Source of the DNA: Trichosphaerium sp. ATCC 40318
Lineage: Eukaryota > Protista > Tubulinea
Assembly: GCA_038496445.1 (NCBI GenBank)
Contig: JALMLS010000174.1
Span: 2,362 to 66,361 of the forward strand
DNA: 64,000 nucleotides
Direction of reading: 5' to 3'
How positions within the stretch are numbered: position 1 is the first letter of the stretch; the number at the start of each line of letters is the position of its first letter. Shown piece after piece: positions 12,918 to 23,600 of this stretch. The notes beneath the pieces were generated by a model. It did not search any database. It was given only the letters and a program-made list of their open reading frames with translations, and was not told the DNA's origin. A program made the position numbers and the translations under genes.

Positions 12918-13213
12918 GCTGTATTCGTTCGTTTTTGACGTGTTTGACTTGAGTTGAGGAGCGGCGCCTTTAACTATTTTCAGTGTTTGTTATGGGAACA
13001 AAGTCAATACTAAAATAACGGACAAAGTTGACAGGGGCAGAAATAATTTATTAGGTTTTTAGATAAGGGAGGTGTTAAATAATAGTCCTGTCGTGTTTTA
13101 CTACTGGCTTGAAACGTGGAATAGGCTACAAACAATTGATTAAGGAAAAACAAATCCCAGAGTAGAAATTCGTGTACCTCAGCCAACTGCCACTCCTTGA
13201 ATAAAGATAATTC

Positions 13214-14352
13214 TTATGATGAAGAAGATTCCTGTGCATAAGTAAGTTGTTGGGTCAACAATTAAATTAAAAGGAAAGTGTCACTTTTTTTTATCACGTG
13301 CCTCAGAAGAAGAATCAGAGGCGCCAGCACTGCTATCTATGCTACTGCTCGACTCTTCATCATCTTCACTGGATTCATCGCCCTCGCTAGACTCTTCACT
13401 GCTGCTATCATCCTCACTGCTCTCGTCATCCTCGCTGCTCTCGTCGTCCTCGCTACTCTCTTCGGCAGAGTCATCTTTAGCGCTGGCGTCTGCTGAGTCG
13501 TCATCGCCACTATCGTCTGAAGATTCTTCGGAACTTGAGTCGTCTCCGCTGCTTGAGTCATCCTCGCTGGTATCATCCTCGTCGGATTGTGGCTCGCTGC
13601 TTTCGTCGTCGTTGCCTGATGAGCTATCGTCATCGTCATCGTCTGATGAGTCGCCAGGGTCTTCAGGGCTGTCGCTGTCATCGTCATCGTCGTCATCATC
13701 GTCTTGTGGATTCTCAGCGTCGTGGTCCCTTTAATAACAGTTAACTATCAACCCAAAGTAGAGTAGCGTGGATAGCCATATCGTTAAAGTATAGAGAATC
13801 TAGAAAGCGGGGGGGGCTACAGAGGAGGATGCGATAAAGCGTACTTTGGCTGTTTGCTTCCGCCACAACAACAATAAGCCTCAATATCACAACAAGTAGT
13901 ATTAGCGAGTATCTGACGGCATTCTCTTGTTTGCACGGTTAGTGCGAAGGGATCTAATAAAACCGGTGAGGTGCGCTCCGAGGCAAGTTGAGATAAAGTG
14001 CGCTAGTGCTCTAAGGGCAACACCGCTTTTGACGGGAGGTGGGTAAAAGATAGAGATCGGGTTTACTGTACCTTTATTTACTACGGCCGCAGTTTGTCCT
14101 GTTTCTTTAAGCTACAGAGCAGGGTTAGCACGATAAACGTGTTTTTTTTTGCCCCAGGTTTTTTTGAAACACAAACCACGTGACAACCAGGTTAGGGGAT
14201 CGTACCTGTAGTTTATACCAATCTAGCGTATCCAAGAGTTCCTGTAGGTTGGAAGGATCAGAGTTTTGCGCTTGTTCTATGCGGGCTGAAAGGAATAAGA
14301 TCTCCTTCTGCAGTTGACTAGCGGTTTCGATATTGCGGTGTTGTATTTCCAT
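13214..14352 (-). CDS. Orphan protein with Cys cluster and ~140-aa Ser/Asp/Glu-rich acidic tail
   Basis: Exon 14352-14206 (MEIQHRN...), then a CCDIEAYCCC exon, then an open frame at 13302-13730 reading DDDDDDSDSPED...SSEDDESSEDDESSEDD. Internal junctions are uncertain. Confidence 0.55.
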
Positions 14353-14700
14353 CTGGACGGGGAGGTGCAGTGTTGATGCTTAGCAAATGTTTGACTTTTT
14401 GTTAAAATGCGCTGCGCCTAGCAATAGCGTTGTGTGCTACAAGAGCACATTCCTTCGCTAAGTGCTCACTATTGGCATCATAGCAGCGTATTGTAGTTCG
14501 TGTTAATCGGATTTATGTTGTGGTCAAACACCACCGGCAGAAGCTATCGTGTGAACGTGATTGTAGCTTTTCAGCTGGCCACACTTCAACGGAATAACGT
14601 TTGGGTACGATTTTGTAGCAGCCGGCAAAATCTTAAACTGAAATTTGGCAGAATTCAAAAAACAATCAACCACTAGTGCTGCAACAGCTAGAAACACGCG

Positions 14701-15649
14701 ATGAGAAGAGATAAAAAGGCACAAAGCGCATTAAACCTAACCGTCCTCAAGCGGAGAGACAAAGACGTCACCAGCATTGTATTCTCCGCGGGACACGTTC
14801 AAATGTACTCTTGGGACGTTCAAGACAATCAATGGGTAAAACAATGATCAATTGCCCTTCAAATTCGCTAACAACGCCTCTGAAAGGCTCAAGATGAAAT
14901 AACAGGTCCTTTGTTCATTGTTAGTCGGTACGCTCTTTTTAGCGTTTGCTCCAGTCCATAGGGTGTCTCTAAATACTTGTCAGTACTAGCGAACCCCAAT
15001 ATCAACTCAACGTACTAAATCGGAAGGGTTTAAACGATTTCGTTCAGCCAATAACTACAGACTTTGAAATAGACTCCAAGACTCTAGATACACCAAATTT
15101 TGTGTTTTACCAAGATTGGATCGGAGACGCCAAAAAGGTGAAAGGAATTTGGTTCTTTGACGACGAGGAGAAGGGCAAGTTCATGGAGCTCATAAACGAG
15201 TCTAAGCGCATGTACGTTTTGTACAGTACTCTGTAAACGGCTTTTTTGAAGTAGAATTCCAACGTTCATTTGCGCTCACGATTGGACCATAGAAAGCGCC
15301 AAACACTACAAGACATAACCACAAGCCAAGAACTGGATGATGGGCAACCACCTGTGGAGCAGTTGACGAATCCGTCAATATCATTGCACCAACAAGCCAA
15401 GGAGAACATATTGCAGGACTTGTTTGGACAACAACCAGAAAAGCAACAGACACAAGCCAATGGAAATAGTTTCTTCAATGCCAAACCTGTGTCACAAACC
15501 AGTTTGACACGAGAGTCTGTCAGTGCAACATTGCATGCTTTAGCTGAGGTATTTTGGCAACTATTATTAATCTTTAAATCACTCAAATTCATAAGGACCC
15601 AACCTTTTTGGACATGGTATGCAGTGCTGTTGCCAGAACCAGTCATTAA
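14701..15649 (+). CDS. DCP1: mRNA decapping activator Dcp1
   Basis: EVH1 domain ALNLTVLKRRD..AGHVQMY..W..GPLFIVSR..VLNRKG..GIWF. C-terminal trimerisation-like helix LTRESVSATLHALAEDPTFLDMV. Confidence 0.9.
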
Positions 15650-15915
15650 AGGCAAATTATGGATATATTGATGCGATTTGTTGTTTGGCCATGAAAAATC
15701 ATTATTCACATACCACATGGTGTTTGCTTTAGAGCACAGCCAAAAAGAAGCATTTGTAGACTATAGATTTAACCTTCATTATAGTCATTGTAAATATATT
15801 TAGCAATTTGAAAACTCAAGATAAATAAGCATCTTGGGTCAAAAATTGAATTTTGGTAAAATAAATATGTTTTGGATCTTTTTTGGTGTAGCAACAATTC
15901 ACATAAGATCTATAA

Positions 15916-16039
15916 CAGTGGTAGAATTGGATAAAATATGCATGTTCTGAACATGCAATATGTGGAAGAGATGTTCCTTGAGTGGATAATCATGAGCATG
16001 CTAAAATGTGCTATTTGCCTTATGTTTAATTCCACCACT
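15916..16039. mobile_element. Decayed family-A TIR element
   Basis: Ends cagtggtagaattgga ... aattccaccacta are CpG-decayed versions of the family-A TIR. Confidence 0.55.
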
Positions 16040-16177
16040 AAATACACAGGGTAGCAACTTTTGAAAGATATTCATTACCCCACCTGGATCCAAATCTAAG
16101 GCAAGTAAACAACAACATTATTATTCAGACTCTGAAGCTCAGATGATTGGAAAAAATGCTGTATCTACCTGGTTCTA

Positions 16178-16351
16178 CAGTAGTAAAATCAGGAGTACGG
16201 ATAATGTATGGGTAGAGTACGGGTCAACAATACGGAACCTGTACGGATTAAGTACAGGTCAAAAGTATGGGTCACGTACGGGTTTTGTACAGGTCAAAAG
16301 TACAGGTTCTGTACGGGTTTAGTACGGGTCAAAATTCCGATTCCAGTACTG
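16178..16351. mobile_element. Family-B non-autonomous TIR element (MITE) with GTACGGGT array
   Basis: TA|CAGTAGTAAAATCAGGA ... TCCGATTCCAGTACTG|TA. The interior is made of gtacgggt-type repeats. Confidence 0.85.
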
Positions 16352-16523
16352 TAGGCTTAACAAGGAAAAAAAAACAGAAGTGGCAGTTGAAAATAAGCTA
16401 AGGGTAAAGTATCAATGAAGGTGATATGATGAAGTTCAATCTGTTAGATTTAACAGCCAGTGGTGGCTTGGTCCAACAAAACATCTTGATTGCCTTGAAC
16501 ATCAACAACTTTCAAGTTGCCAA

Positions 16524-16640
16524 CAATAGTAAAATCAATGGTACAGATAATGGGTAAAAGTATGGGTCATGTACAGGTTTTGTATGGATCAAAAGTATTG
16601 AACCCATACAAGTTAAGTACAAGTCAAAATATGTGTCAGC
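16524..16640. mobile_element. Decayed family-B fragment
   Basis: caatagtaaaatc... followed by gtatgggt/gtacaggt units, which are CpG-mutated gtacgggt. Confidence 0.55.
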
Positions 16641-17062
16641 AGTTATAATTGTGTATGGCATGTTATAAGCACATGTATTTTGGTTGATTCTGCAGTAATT
16701 TGCCTTTATTCAGGAAAGTATAATTACCTATTTTTGTAAATTTTTCTTCATTTGGTATTGATTCAATTGAGAATTATCTATATTAAGCCAACAAAAATGT
16801 GTTGTTGGTGCAAAACATCACTTTATGTGGGTGGAATATCTTCATCAAAGAGGAAAGAATTTCTGCATTTTCATATTCATAATTGAGCTGTTCTGTATAG
16901 CTTTTTCTTTGTTGCTTGAATATTTGAGAGTGTTATCAGACCATCCATTCAGATTCAATGAGATGTATTTGATAAGCATATTGCCAATAGCTTTGGCATA
17001 ATTCCATTCAAAGAATAGACACTGAAGTGGATATTGGCTATCAGTATGTTGGACAAGGAGTA

Positions 17063-18175
17063 CAGTGGTGGAATCGGACAGAACGCAAATCACACGTTTT
17101 GGGCACGTTTTGGGCACGTTTATTTTCCACGCAAAAGACACGTTTTGGGCACGTTTTGGGCACGTTTTTTTTTCACGCAAAAGGCACGTTTCTCTTCCAC
17201 ATGCTGGCCACGCAAATCGCACGTTTTGGACACGTTTTGGGCACGTTTATTACCTACGTTTTGGGCACGTTTTAGGCACGTTTATTTTCCACGTTTTGGG
17301 CACGTTTTGGGCACGCATATTTGCCACGCATATCACACGTTTTGGGCACGCATAAAACACCACTTTATAGAGGAAAAGAAAATAACAGTTTATTACGATA
17401 CATAACACATAACGATTACAAAGAGGTTTGGTACAATTATTACAAACTTTACATAAAACTATCCCCACATAAACAATACCCAGTTTATATCAACCAACTT
17501 CATGTTTTTGCCATTTTACCTGCTTTTTTCGCCAATCCTGCCTTATCGTAAATACTTAAGCAAGAACTTACCTAATTAGGCAAAAAATCTCAAATCCAAT
17601 AATCGTCTTTAAAAAGGGGTTTAATGGAGTTATTGAGCCATAATATCCTTAATCTACCCTAAATATCTATTTTCTATCGTTTTTGCCTTAAAAAAGGGGC
17701 ACCGAACCCCAAACCACCACAAACCATGCATCGTACCTAATAGTGGGCCATACTTCGTTTTTTAAAGGATTCGTACTAGTAGACCTGAGTTATTCACGAA
17801 AAATAGGAAAATCAAGAAATTGTTGGTTTTTGGGTATTTTTAGATTTTTTCGCCTACTTTTAGAGCCATGCCAATACAAACCTAACTACTGCTTACTTGG
17901 GTGAAAATACATGTTTTATTGTTGACGATCGGAGGCGATCGGCTTTGGGGTGAGATGGTTGAGTTTTGAGTTTGTCAATTTTTTTATTTTGAATTTTTCT
18001 CCAAATTTCTATTAAGAACAAGACATGGTTAAAACACGCAAATGGCACGTTTTGGGCACGTTTATTGCAAATATACAACACGCAAATGACACGTTTTGGG
18101 CACGTTTTGGGCACGTTTATTTTCCACGCAAATGGCACGTTTTAAGCACGCGTATTTTGTCCGATTCCACCACTG
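17063..18175. mobile_element. Family-A non-autonomous TIR element (1113 bp) with CACGTTTTGGG subterminal arrays
   Basis: Perfect TIR CAGTGGTGGAATCGGACA / TGTCCGATTCCACCACTG. Flanks are TA and (a)TA. Arrays of the 11-mer cacgttttggg lie at both ends around an AT-rich non-coding core. Confidence 0.9.
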
Positions 18176-18294
18176 ATAGTTTGAGCATAAATCTTCAAAG
18201 AATATCACATGGTCTATTGATACCTCCAGAGTGTTGCCAGGTGACAGAGTGAATCCTAAGTATTTGTCAGAAAAGGATGAGGAAAGTGTCTGTT

Positions 18295-18469
18295 CAGTAG
18301 TAAAATCGGGAGTACGGATAATGTACAGGTAGAGTACAGGTCAAAAAATACAGATCCTGTACAGGTTTTGTACAGGTCGAAAGTACGGGTTACGTACGGG
18401 TTTAATCCGGGTCAAAAGTACGGAACCCGTACGGGTTGAGTACGGGTCAAAATCCCGATTCCAGTACTG
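18295..18469. mobile_element. Family-B MITE
   Basis: CAGTAGTAAAATCGGGAGTACGG ... CCCGATTCCAGTACTG, homologous to 16178..16351. Confidence 0.85.
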
Positions 18470-18498
18470 TTATAAGTTGTTAAAAAACAGGCCAGAGT

Positions 18499-18930
18499 AC
18501 ATATTTGCCACACATATCCAGTGGAATTGGACATGCAAACTGCAAGTTTTGGGCATGTTTTTTTCCCAAATAAAAAGCAAGTTTCTCTTCCACATGCTGG
18601 CCACACAAATAGCATGTTTTTGGCACACATATTTTGTCCAATTTCACCACTGTCCCATATTTTGGAAATGCATAAAACACTATGTTATAGAAAAAAAGCA
18701 AAACAATTTATTAAGAGTAAAAATGTGTTGTAATGTATTTGTAATGTTGTATATTTGCAATATGTGTGTCCAAAACATGTCATTTGTGTGGTTTAACCAT
18801 GTTCTGTCCTTAATAGAAATTTGGCCAAAAATTCAATAAAAAAAAATGGAAAACTCAAAACTCAACCATCTCACCTCAAAGCCAATTGCCTTTGATCACT
18901 GACAATAACATGTATTTTCACACAAGTAAG
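18499..18930. mobile_element. Old, CpG-decayed, rearranged family-A copy
   Basis: Matches parts of 17063..18175 with cacg->catg/caca changes (gggcatgtttt, ccacacaaatagcatg). Confidence 0.7.
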
Positions 18931-18969
18931 CACAGTAGTAAAATCAGGAGTACAGATAATGTACAGGTA

Positions 18970-19778
18970 CAGTGGTGGAATCAGACAAAATATGCATGCC
19001 TAAAAGGTGCCATTTGCGTGTTTTAACCATGGCTTGTCCTTAATAGAAATTTGGCCAAAAATTCAAAATAAAAATGGAAAACTCAAAACTCAACCATCTC
19101 TCACCCCAAAGCCGATCGCCTCCAATCTTTAACAATAAAACATGTATTTTCACCCAAGTAAGCAGTAGTTAGGTTTGTATCAGCATGGTTTTACAAGTAG
19201 GTGGAAAAATCTAAAAATACCCAAAAACCAACAATTTCTTGATTTTTCTATTTTTTGTGAATAACTCAGGTCTACTAGTATGAATCCTTTAAAAAACGAA
19301 GTATGGCCCAATATTAGGTATGATGCATGGTTTTGTGGTGGTTTGGGGTTTGGTGCCCCTTTTTAAGGCAAAAACAATAGAAAATAGGTATTTAGGGTAG
19401 TTTAAGGATATTATGGCTCAATAACTCCATTAAACCCCTTTTTAAAGACAATTATTGGATTTGAGATTTTTTGTCTAATTAGGTAAGTTCTTGCTTAAGT
19501 ATTTACAATAAGGCAGGATTGGCGAAAAAAGCAGGTAAAATGGCAAAAACATGAAGTCGGTTGATATAAACTGGGTATCATTTATGTGAGGATAGTTTTA
19601 TGTAAAGTTTGTAATAATTGTACCAAACCTCTTTGTGTATTGTAATAAATTGTTATTTTCTTTTCTTCTATAAAGTGGTGTTTTATGCATGTTCAAAACA
19701 TGCAATATGCTTGGCAAATATGCGTGCCCAAAACGTGCCCAAAATGTGCAATTTGAGTGTCGTCTGATTCCACCACTG
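18970..19778. mobile_element. Family-A copy in inverted orientation, inserted at a TA inside a family-B left end (18933-18969)
   Basis: Reverse complement of 17063..18175 with shortened arrays. TIRs are cagtggtggaatcagaca / gtctgattccaccactg. Confidence 0.9.
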
Positions 19779-19969
19779 AAAGGCCAGCCAATAAGTTGAT
19801 GCTACTGCACAATTAATGTGCCATCTTTGACTCATTTACACAAAAAAAATTTAGTAAATTGAAAAACTATAAAACACACCTTAGAACTTCTTTTATCTAA
19901 ATCAACACACATTTTATCATTAGCACCAATATCCACTGTTACTTTTGCTGCACATCCATTTGTATTATT

Positions 19970-21807
19970 TTGAACAAAACTTTCAAAGTAGAAAGAGGCA
20001 CTGGTCAAGGTAATCCCCTCTCTCCCACACTGTTCGCTATCATGTTAGAGCCGCTCAACAGAATGATTAATCAATGCAATGATGTCAAAGGTGCTCAAGC
20101 CATTTTTCTTCTCCTCAAACAAATCCTCTTTGCTGACGACGCATTGCTAACCTCCTCATCCTCCTCTGATATTACGCTTTGCCTAGATATGATTAACAAT
20201 TACTCTAAAGCATCTGGATTGTTCTTGAACAAAGCCAAATGCTTTCAAATTAACGTTGTCAAAGATATAGAACAAGTACTTCCCTCTGCTTCTATTACTA
20301 AATACTTAGGCTTTGATTTGTCACCAGGTACCTCTCTCACCTTCAACTTTCATAAGGCATTAGACGGTATCATCAAGTCTTTGAACTCATGGAAACCCTA
20401 TGCTAGAACTCTCAAGGCCAAGCACTCAATACTCAGGACGTATGCCCAATCACGTATCTTATATTTTGCTAGACCTCTGCAGATACCTTTGTGTATTGAT
20501 AAGCAATGGCGTAACATTGTCAACTGGTTCATGTTTTATGGCTATTATGACAGTGCTAACAATGTTTCCAAAGTCTACAATAACAACCACACTTATCGTT
20601 CTTCCTTAGGTTCTAGGACTGCTCTCCCTTTCCACTTGGGTGGGCTGTCTATCCCTGATATCTCCACCATAGCTGACAATTTTAAAGCTTCTCTTTGGTC
20701 TAGGCACCTCAACACAATCACACTGTATTCCGATCTCTGGGAATCTGGTCTTTCTGAAATAGGAAACTATTGTCATGACCAATGGCTCAAATTAGGTCGT
20801 GGTGTAAAAATTCCTCCTAATCAAACCTATGTCAAAGTCTCAGACATTGTCAAACATAATACCCCTGCTTCCAACCAGATTCACTGGCCACCTACTCTTC
20901 AAGCAATGATAGATCTAGGCTGGAAAGTTCATCTTATGCTCAAGTCTGTCAGTAAGCTTAGGGGAGTCAATAAACCTAGAGATATTCTTTGGAGATATCT
21001 GCTCAAGCTCCTTCCAGTCAAACATTCTGATGTTAAGTATCCACTACACTGTCATTGTTTATTTTTTGAATGGGAATATGCTAATGCTATAGGTAGTATG
21101 CTCATCAAACACATTTCACCCTTCTTATCCTCCTGGTCTTTTAACACTCTTAAACTAACCACTAACAAAGAAAAAGCCATTCACATCAGCTCCATCATGC
21201 ATTGCATTTGGAAGTGTCGCAACTCTCTTCTTCATGATGAAGCAACTCCAGTAGTTCACAAAGTTCTTTTCTGGCACCAACAAAATATTCTTGTTGCACT
21301 CAACATTGACAATTCACAGTGTGAAAATCCCCCAGATGAAGAAAAGTTCACTTATGTTGGCAATTTCTGGAAGTCCACGGGCTGGTTGGCAGATATCACC
21401 GATACCTGGGAAGATTGGGGTGCAGGCTTACCTCCTCCACCTGAACCTCCTCCTTTACCAACTACACCTTCTAAAAACACCTATACAGTAGTAAGTACGT
21501 GGCACGTACGTATATAGTACGTGTGAAAAGTACGTGCCACGTACGTATATTGTACGTGTGAAAAGTACGTGCCACGTACGTATATTGTACGTGTGAAAAG
21601 TACGTGCCACGTACGTATATTGTACGTGTGAAAAGTACGTGCCACGTACGTATATTGTACGTGTGAAAATCCCGATTTCACTACTGTATTAATTCAATTA
21701 CTAACCACTTAACCCCCATTATTAGGTATAAAAGGAAAAAACACAACTATTACTCAAACTATGAAAGTTCAGATGAATGGGATGATGATCCATACTTTGA
21801 TTTGTAA
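19970..21807 (+). pseudogene. Truncated LINE ORF2 (C-terminal half of the reverse transcriptase), interrupted by a MITE at 21486
   Basis: 515-aa ORF. Removing 21486..21686 plus one TA restores the frame to ...SSDEWDDDPYFDL* (stop at 21805-21807). Confidence 0.85.
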
Positions 21808-21900
21808 AAACCTAATGTAACCCAATTGCATGCGTGGTTATTGTCGTCCACAGCACAATAAACCCACCTTTTTTTTGAAAAAAAAAAAAAAAAAAAAAAA
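19973..21900 (+). mobile_element. 5'-truncated L1/Tx1-like non-LTR retrotransposon with poly(A) tail and 15-bp TSD
   Basis: RT motifs QGNPLSPTLF, FADD, SGLFLN..KC and KYLG. AATAAA at ~21857 and A23 at 21878-21900. Direct repeat ATTTGTATTATTTTG at 19958-19972 and 21900-21914. Confidence 0.93.
21486..21686. mobile_element. Family-C MITE with five 35-bp tandem repeats
   Basis: TA|CAGTAGTAA ... ATCCCGATTTCACTACTG|TA. The unit gtacgtgccacgtacgtatattgtacgtgtgaaaa is repeated ~5 times. Confidence 0.85.
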
Positions 21901-22123
21901 TTTGTATTATTTTGTCCAAGAGAGTAAAAAGACTGACATAGATCATATAACTTTTCCACATTACCAAGATGTTTTTTCTTTGTCACATACATGAATATCT
22001 TTAGGCCCTTTTATATCTGAAATGTTGCTGCAAAAATCTTTGTTGTAAGCCTAATATGTACATTAATATTATGATAACACAAAAAAAGTGATATGTAAAA
22101 TGTTTGAAAGGCTTACAATGTTA

Positions 22124-22390
22124 CAGTGGAATCAAACAGTGTGCAAATTGCATGTTTTGGACATGCATATTGCACATTTTGGGCATGCATAAAACACCAT
22201 TTTGTAGAGAAAAAAGAAAATAATGATTTATTACAATACATAACAAATCCAATAATCATCTTTAAAAAGGGATTTAATGGAGTTATTGAGCCATAATATC
22301 CTTAAACTACCCTAAATACCTATTTTCTATCATTTTTGCTTTAAAAAGACACCAAACCCAAACCACCATGAAACCATGCATTGTACCTAA
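22124..22390. mobile_element. Decayed family-A fragment
   Basis: Matches 17063-17740 with deletions and CpG loss (catgttttggacatgc). Confidence 0.7.
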
Positions 22391-22399
22391 ATATACATA

Positions 22400-23600
22400 A
22401 TGTTACATTTTCTGAGCAGTTCATACAGTTAGACCAAAGTTATGCAATAAAACAACAAAATTCAGCAAAAAGCTACACATACATTGTATGGGAAAAAGAG
22501 GTGTATACCTTGAGTGTATTTTCATTCCAACTATTAAGTGCAGAAATGTGCTCAATAAGCATATTGCCTACAGTGGTGGAATCGGACAGAACGTGAATCG
22601 CACGTTTTGGGCACGTTTATTGCAAATATACAACACGCAAATGGCACGTTTTGGGCACTTTTTGGGCACGTTTATTTTCCACGCAAATGGCACATTTTAA
22701 GCGTGCGTATTTTGTCCGATTCCACCACTGTACAGCTACCACATAATTCCATGAAGAAAAAACAATGATGCTGAAGTGGGTATTGTGAGTTTGAATGCTT
22801 AACAGGAAGTAGTTTTAGTAAAAAGCCATAAAATGTCACATGGCCTATTGATTTCCAAGAAAACTGACAGATTTCAACATTTTGTGGAGTTTCCATCCTT
22901 TATCTCTCAATGTGGGGGGGCCTTAAGTTGTCTATTCTCTGCCATGCTTTAAACTTGCCTCAGCTTGTTGTTAGTGACCTTCATGAATATTTGTAATCAT
23001 TGTTAAGAAGTACAATGGAATGTAGTTATTCAGTAAACTAGAATCATTTTTTTTGTATAGAAGGCAAATGATACCTCTACCAAACCACTTGTATCAATAA
23101 AAAGTGAAAACAAATGTCTAGTGATAGATGATCCAAGGTTTTTAAACAAACACATGCCCACACCATCTGGACCAAAAGCTTTGTTTGATGGCAAGGATTT
23201 GACAGCAGATAGTATTTTTTTTTTGTAATGGGCTTTGACTTACTGGCAAAAATATGTACTTTGCAATAAACCTTCCAATAGGACAGAAAATCTGACAAGT
23301 CTGGTGGGTGGTTAAGTGTCTAAGTTCCTTTATACTTTGTGAAGCTTGCTTGCCTTCAAGTACTTTGGTAATGTATGGTGAATGAGTTTTCTCATTGGTA
23401 CCACAAGAGATTTGGGAACACATGTATAAAAACTTGCATCTTTCTGCCATGAGTTTATTATACTTAACTTCTTCTGCCAACAAGATAATATCATCATTAA
23501 CAACCTTAAGAGTGTGTACTTCCTCCAAAAATTGTTGCACAAGTTAAAAAACAGGTTTTGATTGGCTTTAACATCTTTCAAGAGGGCGACTTTGAGTTTG
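22400..23600 (-). pseudogene. Decayed LINE remnant with RT domains 0-2 and a C-terminal fragment
   Basis: Frameshifted minus-strand peptides KPITK..ILSAVKSLPSNKAFGPDG, GIICLLYKKND..NNYIP..LLNNDYKI and LLKLLPVKHSNSQYPLQHHC..GNMLIEHIS. Confidence 0.8.
22571..22730. mobile_element. Family-A 160-bp deletion derivative
   Basis: TA|CAGTGGTGGAATCGGACA ... TGTCCGATTCCACCACTG|TA, sitting inside a LINE remnant. Confidence 0.9.

Larger units (their letters stand above)
16710..18495 (-). pseudogene. Decayed, internally deleted LINE ORF2 remnant interrupted by two MITEs
   Basis: Minus-strand peptides SGLFFN, DKYLGFTLSPG, GINRP..DIL..LKLLLVQH..YPLQCLFFEWNYAKAIGNMLIK and EEKFTKIGN match the 19973 LINE. 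Confidence 0.8.

Noticed and set aside
13278-13744. Plus-strand Ser/Leu-rich ORFs
   Set aside because: They are antisense shadows of the acidic minus-strand exon.
17090-17350. TTTTGGG repeats as a telomere or interstitial telomeric array
   Set aside because: The unit is an 11-mer with CACG, interspersed with other sequence and confined within TIRs.
16845-18839. Overlapping ORFs with HVLGTF/TFWARF repeats
   Set aside because: These are translation artefacts of stop-free minisatellites in several frames.
21494-21668. 35-bp direct repeats as a CRISPR array
   Set aside because: The units are contiguous with no spacers, there are no cas genes, the context is eukaryotic, and the array lies inside a TA-flanked TIR element.
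17061-22732. TACAGT ends as ciliate IES (TAYAGYNR) programmed-elimination sequences
   Set aside because: Tc1/mariner ends share this consensus, the elements occur only in dead repeats and never in genes, and nothing else suggests a ciliate.
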